Shown here one piece after another: positions 57,359 to 62,620 of a stretch of DNA of 62,620 nucleotides. The stretch's first letter is position 1, and the number at the start of each line of letters is the position of its first letter. The stretch is taken from NCBI GenBank assembly GCA_014859315.1, contig JACUUK010000001.1, positions 1-62,620 on the forward strand, read 5' to 3'. The stretch is from Candidatus Aminicenantes bacterium. GTDB taxonomy: Bacteria; Acidobacteriota; Aminicenantia; Aminicenantales; Aminicenantaceae. The position numbers and the translations under genes were made by a program. The notes under the pieces are model-generated. The model ran no database searches, was not told the origin of the DNA, and worked only from the letters and a program-made list of their open reading frames with translations.

Positions 57359-58951
57359 ATGAATATACCAATTCTAAGCATTGTTACGTTTCTTCCCATT
57401 GGAGGAGCAATTCTTTTTATCTTTATTTCAAGAGAGAAAAGAGCCCTCCTGTTCTCTATGGCATTTATCATTTCGCTTGTAAATTTTCTCATTTCTCTCC
57501 TTCTTTATTTCAATTTTAATTCTCAAACGTCTTCACCCCAATTTGTCGAAAAAACTACCTGGATAGGTTACGGCATAGAATACCATGTAGGAATTGACGG
57601 CATCAGTCTTTTTCTCGTGCTCCTCACAACATTCTTGATGCCTGTTGCTATCCTCTCCTCCTGGAAATATATCCAAAGACGTGAGAAAGAATACCTTATT
57701 TTTATTCTTATGCTTGAGACAGGAATTATTGGAGTGTTTGTCTCATTGAATTTGTTTCTATTTTATGTTTTCTGGGAGGCCATGCTCATCCCGATGTATT
57801 TCATCATAGGAATCTGGGGAGGACAGCGGCGTATTTATGCAACTTTAAAATTTGTGCTTTTTACAATGCTCGGAAGCCTGCTGATGCTGGTGGCGATTTT
57901 TATATTGTATTCAATTTATTTCAAGGCCACTGGAACGTATTCCCTCAATATCTTTGATTATTACAAAATTATCCTTAATCCCAGAATTCAAATATGGCTT
58001 TTCTTAGCATTTGCTATTGCTTTTGCAATTAAGGTGCCTTTGATTCCATTCCATACATGGCTGCCTGATGCACATGTGGAAGCCCCAACAGCCGGCTCGG
58101 TTCTGCTGGCTGCTGTGCTTCTTAAAATGGGAGCTTACGGTTTCCTGCGATTTGCCCTTCCTCTCTTTCCTGATGCTACACAAAGGCTTCTGCCATTTCT
58201 TGCTGTATTAAGCTTAATCGGTATTCTCTATGGAGGGCTAATGGCTCTCATCCAGAAGAATGTAAAATCACTCGTAGCTTATTCCAGTGTCAGCCATATG
58301 GGCCTTATCATGCTTTCTGTGTTTGCATTGAACACCATATCTGTGGAAGGGGCTATTTATCAAATGTTGAATCACGGCCTTAGCACAGGAGCGCTATTTC
58401 TTTGCGTTGGTATTCTCTACGAACGTTCTCATACACACGTAATAAAAGATTATGGGGGAGTAAGCAGACAGATGCCTATTTTCTCGGCATTCTTTTTAGT
58501 TTTTATACTTTCTTCTCTTGGGCTTCCAGGGCTGAATGGATTTGTGGGCGAAATCCTCTGCCTTTTTGGCATCTTTAAATCCAATACGGTTTTTGCAATT
58601 CTTGCAGCATCTACGGTCATACTGTCTGCTGTCTATCTCCTGTGGATGTTTCAGAGAGTCATGCAAGGCCCTATCACCAATGAAAAAATCAACTCATTCA
58701 AGGATCTAAACAAAAGAGAAATCTGCTATTTTGTTCCCATCATCATCCTGGTTTTTTGGATGGGCATCTATCCAGGGCCATTCTTGAGGAAGATGGATGT
58801 TTCAGTAAATCACCTCTTGAAACAAATCCAAAGAAAAGAAAAGTTCTTCACAAATGAGCACATAGATAAAACCTTTTTTCTTGATACGGCAATTAACCCT
58901 AATACATGGAAAGAAAAACATCAAGACAATAAGGAAGTGAATTCACAATGA
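57359..58951 (+). CDS. nuoM: NADH-quinone oxidoreductase subunit M
   Basis: FYVFWEAMLIPMYFIIGIWGG and KVPLIPFHTWLPDAHVEAPTAGS motifs. Confidence 0.92.
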   Translation: MNIPILSIVTFLPIGGAILFIFISREKRALLFSMAFIISLVNFLISLLLYFNFNSQTSSPQFVEKTTWIGYGIEYHVGIDGISLFLVLLTTFLMPVAILSSWKYIQRREKEYLIFILMLETGIIGVFVSLNLFLFYVFWEAMLIPMYFIIGIWGGQRRIYATLKFVLFTMLGSLLMLVAIFILYSIYFKATGTYSLNIFDYYKIILNPRIQIWLFLAFAIAFAIKVPLIPFHTWLPDAHVEAPTAGSVLLAAVLLKMGAYGFLRFALPLFPDATQRLLPFLAVLSLIGILYGGLMALIQKNVKSLVAYSSVSHMGLIMLSVFALNTISVEGAIYQMLNHGLSTGALFLCVGILYERSHTHVIKDYGGVSRQMPIFSAFFLVFILSSLGLPGLNGFVGEILCLFGIFKSNTVFAILAASTVILSAVYLLWMFQRVMQGPITNEKINSFKDLNKREICYFVPIIILVFWMGIYPGPFLRKMDVSVNHLLKQIQRKEKFFTNEHIDKTFFLDTAINPNTWKEKHQDNKEVNSQ

Positions 58952-60384
58952 ACAGCATCATGGCTGCAGTTCCACTCCTGACCGTGGTTGTGGGCTCACT
59001 ATTTTTATTGATTCTCGAGGTTTTCCTTAACAGGGAAAATAAAAGCTATCTGGGATACATTTCTCTAACATTTCTTGTTATCTGCGGAATTATTTGCACA
59101 AGTTTCTGGAATAAGGATTATTCTTATTTTAACGGATCTCTCCACCTGGATAATCTCTCTATATTTTTCTATATTATATCTCTTCTGACTATTGGATTTG
59201 TTATTTTGATTTCACTTAAATATCTTTTTCTACAAGAAGCCAACCATGGTGAATTTTTTGCCCTTATTTTATTTGCTCTTTCAGGCATGATGATTATGGT
59301 CTCTTCCACAGATCTTCTTATCATCTTCTTGGGTCTCGAACTTTTATCTATCTCAAGTTACATATTAGCAGGATTCCGCCTTAAAGATGTGAGGTCATCC
59401 GAATCAGCGATTAAGTATTTTCTCTTAGGCAGTTTTGCCTCTGCGTTCCTTGTTTTCGGCATGGCTTTTCTTTTTGGGATTTCTCATTCTACATCTCTTC
59501 TGGCAATCGTTCAGCATCTTCAATCAGGAACATCATTTAAGCTTATTGGTTTTATGGGCTTAGGGCTGGTTCTTGCTGGTTTTGGCTTTAAAATAGCCCT
59601 TGCTCCGTTTCATATGTGGGCGCCTGATGTCTATGAAGGAGCTCCTACTCCAGTAACAACATTCTTTTCCATAGGGCCAAAAGCTGCAGGTTTTGCCGTA
59701 TTTTTGAGATTTTTTCATATATACTGGCACTCACTTGAAAGTTCACAAGCCATTTTCTGGCTCCTTTGGGTTATTGCTGTACTTACAATGATTATTGGAA
59801 ACCTCGCAGCATTACGCCAAACTAACATAAAGAGAATCCTTGCTTATTCAAGCATTGCCCATGGCGGATATCTGATGGTAGCGGTTTTAGCTCAAGATTA
59901 TACCAGCCTCATGTTCTATCTGGTCGTATATTTATTCATGAATATCGGTGCCTTTTCAGCAGTAATCGCTTTATCTAAGAAAAATAAAGAATTCCTCGAG
60001 CTGGATGACTACTCAGGCATTGGCTTCCAATATCCATGGATTGGCGCTTTGTTTTCTGTATTTTTATTTTCACTGGCTGGCTTTCCTCCAACAGGCGGAT
60101 TCCTTGCCAAGTTTTATGTGTTTTCTGCTGCTGTTCGGCAAGGCCTTGTGCCTTTGGTCATTATTTCTGTCTTAACTTGCTTGGTCTCAGTCTTTTACTA
60201 CCTTCGCATTATCGTTTACATGTATATGAAAGAACCATTTCATACTGTTGACGTCTATAAAGAAAACCCAGCATTATTTCTTGTGATGTTTCTTTGTGTT
60301 TACGAAGTGTTTCAATTAGGCATTAACCCCGGGAGTATTCTTGTTTTAATCAGACAGGCTTTAATTTCTTTGCCTGTTTTTTAA
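58948..60384 (+). CDS. nuoN: NADH-quinone oxidoreductase subunit N
   Basis: LGLELLSISSYILAGF and KIALAPFHMWAPDVYEGAPTPVT motifs. ATGA overlap with nuoM. Confidence 0.9.
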   Translation: MNSIMAAVPLLTVVVGSLFLLILEVFLNRENKSYLGYISLTFLVICGIICTSFWNKDYSYFNGSLHLDNLSIFFYIISLLTIGFVILISLKYLFLQEANHGEFFALILFALSGMMIMVSSTDLLIIFLGLELLSISSYILAGFRLKDVRSSESAIKYFLLGSFASAFLVFGMAFLFGISHSTSLLAIVQHLQSGTSFKLIGFMGLGLVLAGFGFKIALAPFHMWAPDVYEGAPTPVTTFFSIGPKAAGFAVFLRFFHIYWHSLESSQAIFWLLWVIAVLTMIIGNLAALRQTNIKRILAYSSIAHGGYLMVAVLAQDYTSLMFYLVVYLFMNIGAFSAVIALSKKNKEFLELDDYSGIGFQYPWIGALFSVFLFSLAGFPPTGGFLAKFYVFSAAVRQGLVPLVIISVLTCLVSVFYYLRIIVYMYMKEPFHTVDVYKENPALFLVMFLCVYEVFQLGINPGSILVLIRQALISLPVF

Positions 60385-60400
60385 TGAACTTCATCTTCTT

Positions 60401-60457
60401 AACTACTGGTTATAAAAAACGTAAAAAATCAATTTTTTATAACAAGTAGTTATATTT
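60401..60457. terminator. AT-rich 19-bp inverted repeat between convergent nuoN and rnpB (bidirectional terminator candidate)
   Basis: AACTACTGGTTATAAAAAA (60401-60419) and TTTTTTATAACAAGTAGTT (60433-60451) are complementary with one mismatch. Confidence 0.45.
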
Positions 60458-60460
60458 TAA

Positions 60461-60852
60461 GACTGGAGCAGGACATAAGCCGAATTCTGTTCCCGCTTGC
60501 TATAAGCGTGGGTGGTTATTTGTCTGGCTCCTTGATTGCTCAAGGAATCAAGCGACCTACCCGCCCCTCGAGACGAGCCGCCTCAACCGGGGCCAATTTG
60601 GTCTTGCTCCGGATGGGGTTTGCCATGCCCCTGATGTCGCCACCAAGGCGGTGAGCTCTTACCTCACCATTTCACCCTTACTCCGCGAAAGGGACGATTC
60701 TCCGCTCTCGCAGGGCGGTATGTTTTCTGTGGCACTTTCCTCCGGTTGCCCGGAGTCGCTGTTAGCGACCATCCTGCTCTTTGGAGTTCGGACTTTCCTC
60801 CCCTTTGCCCTTCAAAAGAGACAAAGGAGCAACCACCTCGCCTACTCCAGCC
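60461..60852 (-). ncRNA. rnpB: RNase P RNA, bacterial type A
   Basis: The reverse complement contains GGAGGAAAGTCCGAAC (P4 5' strand), GTAAGGGTGAAATGGTGAGGTAAGAGCTCACC, CCGGAGCAAGACCAAAT and ACAGAATTCGGCTTAT (P4 3' strand). A 12-bp P1 helix forms between GGCTGGAGTAGG (complement of 60841-60852) and CCTGCTCCAGTC (complement of 60461-60472). Confidence 0.92.
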
Positions 60853-62219
60853 TTTATTTTTATGCTATATTGCTCAAGTTTCTTATATAAATTGCTTCGT
60901 GGAGTTTCAATCTCCCTTGCAGTCTTAGAGATATTCCAATCATTTTCCTCAAGTTTTGCAAGTATAAACTCCTTTTCAGCAATATCCTTGAATTCCTTAA
61001 GACTTCTTATTGTCTGGCTCTCTGGTAAGTATATACGTAGCTCACCTTTAATCTGCTCGGGCAAATCCTTTTTTTGGATAACATCAGATTCTGTCATGAT
61101 TATCAGCCGTTCTACAACATTCTTTAACTCACGCACATTGCCCTTCCATGGATATTTTATCATAGCTTCCAAGGCTTCGTCAGAGAATTTTTTCACCTTG
61201 AAATTATTTTCTTCGGCATATATATGGCAAAAATACTCAATCAATAAAGGAATATCTTCTTTCTTTTCCCGCAATGCAGGCGTATAAACAGGAACCACAT
61301 TCAAGCGGAAATATAAGTCTTCACGGAAATTTCCATCTTTAATTTCCTTTTTCAAATCCTTATTTGTAGCTCCGATAATTCTTACATCTACTTTCTGAAT
61401 CTTGCTTGACCCAACTTTTTGCACTTCTCCTTCCTCAAGAACCCGCAGCACTTTGGCCTGTGTTTTTATGCTCATATCTGCAACTTCATCCAGAAATATT
61501 GTTCCTCCATCAGCCAATTCGAACTTGCCAACTTTTTTTTCTGTTGCCCCAGTGAAGGCACCTTTAACGTGGCCGAACAACTCGCTCTCAATAAGCTCCT
61601 CAGGAATAGCCGCACAATTCACTTGGATAAACGGTTCGTTCGCCCGAAGGCTACGACTGTGAATCGCACGTGCTATAAGTTCTTTTCCGGTTCCGCTTTC
61701 TCCATGAATCAGGACAGTTGCATTGGTTGGAGCAATCTTCAATATTTCTTCCCAAAGCTTCTTCATTAGTTGATGATTTCCTATTAAATCGTATTTTTTC
61801 TCTGCTTTCTTTTTTAAATCTTGACATTCACGGCGCAAATTTTTCTGGCTTAATGCATTCCTTATGCTTAAGAGAACTCTTTCCCGGTGAAGCGGCTTCT
61901 CCAAAAAATCAAAAGCTCCTAATTTTGTCGCCTCTACGGCTGTCTGGATCGTCCCATGACCTGAAATCATAATGACTTCAGGAGAATATGGCCTTTTTTT
62001 CAATTCCTCAAGAATATCAAAGCCATCCTTTCCAGGCAATTTGATATCCAGCAACATAAGATCCAGGCCTACAATTTCTTCGAGACAATCCAGCGCTTCT
62101 TCTCCACTGGATGCCTCATAATAGTCATATCCTTCATACTCCAGTATCATTTTTAGAGATTTACGAATGTTTTCTTCGTCATCAACAACAAGAATCTTTG
62201 CTTTTGGTAAATTTTTCAT
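60762..62219 (-). CDS. sigma-54-dependent response regulator (NtrC family: REC + AAA+ + Fis-type HTH)
   Basis: REC domain (ILVVDDE...LMLLDIKLPGKDG), AAA+ domain with GESGTGKE, ESELFGHVKGAFTGA and RVIGATN, and HTH WNISKTAREIETPRSNLYKKL. The last ~31 codons read through the 5' part of rnpB, so the true 3' end is uncertain. Confidence 0.85.
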   Translation of the reverse strand: MKNLPKAKILVVDDEENIRKSLKMILEYEGYDYYEASSGEEALDCLEEIVGLDLMLLDIKLPGKDGFDILEELKKRPYSPEVIMISGHGTIQTAVEATKLGAFDFLEKPLHRERVLLSIRNALSQKNLRRECQDLKKKAEKKYDLIGNHQLMKKLWEEILKIAPTNATVLIHGESGTGKELIARAIHSRSLRANEPFIQVNCAAIPEELIESELFGHVKGAFTGATEKKVGKFELADGGTIFLDEVADMSIKTQAKVLRVLEEGEVQKVGSSKIQKVDVRIIGATNKDLKKEIKDGNFREDLYFRLNVVPVYTPALREKKEDIPLLIEYFCHIYAEENNFKVKKFSDEALEAMIKYPWKGNVRELKNVVERLIIMTESDVIQKKDLPEQIKGELRIYLPESQTIRSLKEFKDIAEKEFILAKLEENDWNISKTAREIETPRSNLYKKLEQYSIKIKAGVGEVVAPLSLLKGKGEESPNSKEQDGR

Positions 62220-62360
62220 TTTATATTGTCCATTTATCCCTTTTTTATGAATTTTAACATAGTTCTTGCTTTTATTCTATTCTATATTCCCATGATTTAT
62301 TCCCTGAATTTTTTAGGTGATTTTAGGCGTAAGCATCTTTTTTCATGTGACAGAATAAAA

Positions 62361-62620
62361 GGATTAAGACCTGGGGATGGCTGAAGCGACCTTCGAAGAT
62401 TTAGCCTTCCCGAACCGACCCCGAGGGAATCCGGCTTAGCCGGACGGCCGAGGATGTCTGAGCACGAGACCAAACAAACCTTTATGCTACAGAAGGAAAC
62501 AGGCAATAACTGATGATTGATGCTTACACGCAGAGTTTTGAGGCCGCCGAAGGGGGAGATGAGGGAATGGCGTATAAAATCTGAGGGGAGCAAAGCCATG
62601 CTCAGGTCTTTCCTCGTTAA
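62361..62620 (-). repeat. GC-rich helix-closed element (candidate structured RNA or non-autonomous repeat), truncated by the window end
   Basis: 62366-62382 pairs with 62594-62610: 16 of 17 positions pair, including one G-U, with one G-G mismatch. An internal CCGGC-TTA-GCCGG hairpin is present. Read on the minus strand it begins TTAACGAGGAAAG and ends CCCCAGGTCTTAATCC, matching the partial copies at 28083-28185 and 36889-36980. Confidence 0.55.

Noticed and set aside
60651-60928. Plus-strand ORFs 60651-60890 and 60746-60928
   Set aside because: They lie antisense to rnpB and to the 3' end of the sigma-54 activator gene. They are explained by the GC-rich RNA gene lacking stop codons.
62297-62599. 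100-aa minus-strand ORF over the GC-rich terminal element
   Set aside because: The composition is Leu/Ser/Pro/Arg-rich, there is no RBS and I recognise no domain. The ORF coincides with a helix-closed repeat whose partial copies elsewhere do not preserve the frame, so it is treated as non-coding.

Overview
AT-rich bacterial chromosomal segment, probably a complete contig from an uncultivated diderm bacterium (type-A RNase P RNA, TonB-C protein, complex I genes). I support about 52 protein genes, one initiator tRNA-Met and rnpB. Most genes are housekeeping: serine synthesis (class V aminotransferase plus short SerA), NifS, AsnRS, RimO, PgpA-CinA-ThpR-PlsY-GpsA, MetK-AhcY, formiminotransferase-cyclodeaminase, ZnuABC-like transporter, GalK, PepD, GlmS-DegT behind a NusG paralog, HyuA/HyuB, and nuoJKLMN. 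No CRISPR array, transposase, integrase or recognisable defence operon is visible. The signals worth a second look are mostly non-coding. (1) A dispersed family of intergenic elements starts with TTAACGAG and ends with GGAYTTAAT..CTTC. Its largest copy is a GC-rich, helix-closed element of at least 260 nt that runs off the contig end, and four of five copies are co-oriented with the downstream gene. (2) rnpB lies directly downstream of, and is read into by, a sigma-54 activator ORF whose stop codon sits inside the RNase P RNA. (3) TGGGGAC(A/T)GTCCCCA palindromes occur at gene ends. (4) Three perfect 12-bp palindromic tandem repeats lie between a fused XRE-ImmA regulator and a PAS-GGDEF gene. 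(5) Two adjacent ORFs are internally deleted sensor kinase/receiver remnants. (6) An NRAMP-fold transporter lacks the canonical metal-binding residues and is translationally coupled to hyuAB. (7) An M16 peptidase pair has no HxxEH motif in either subunit. (8) A TonB-C gene carries a recent in-frame 105-bp duplication. All functional calls rest on motifs I recognise by eye; no database search was run.
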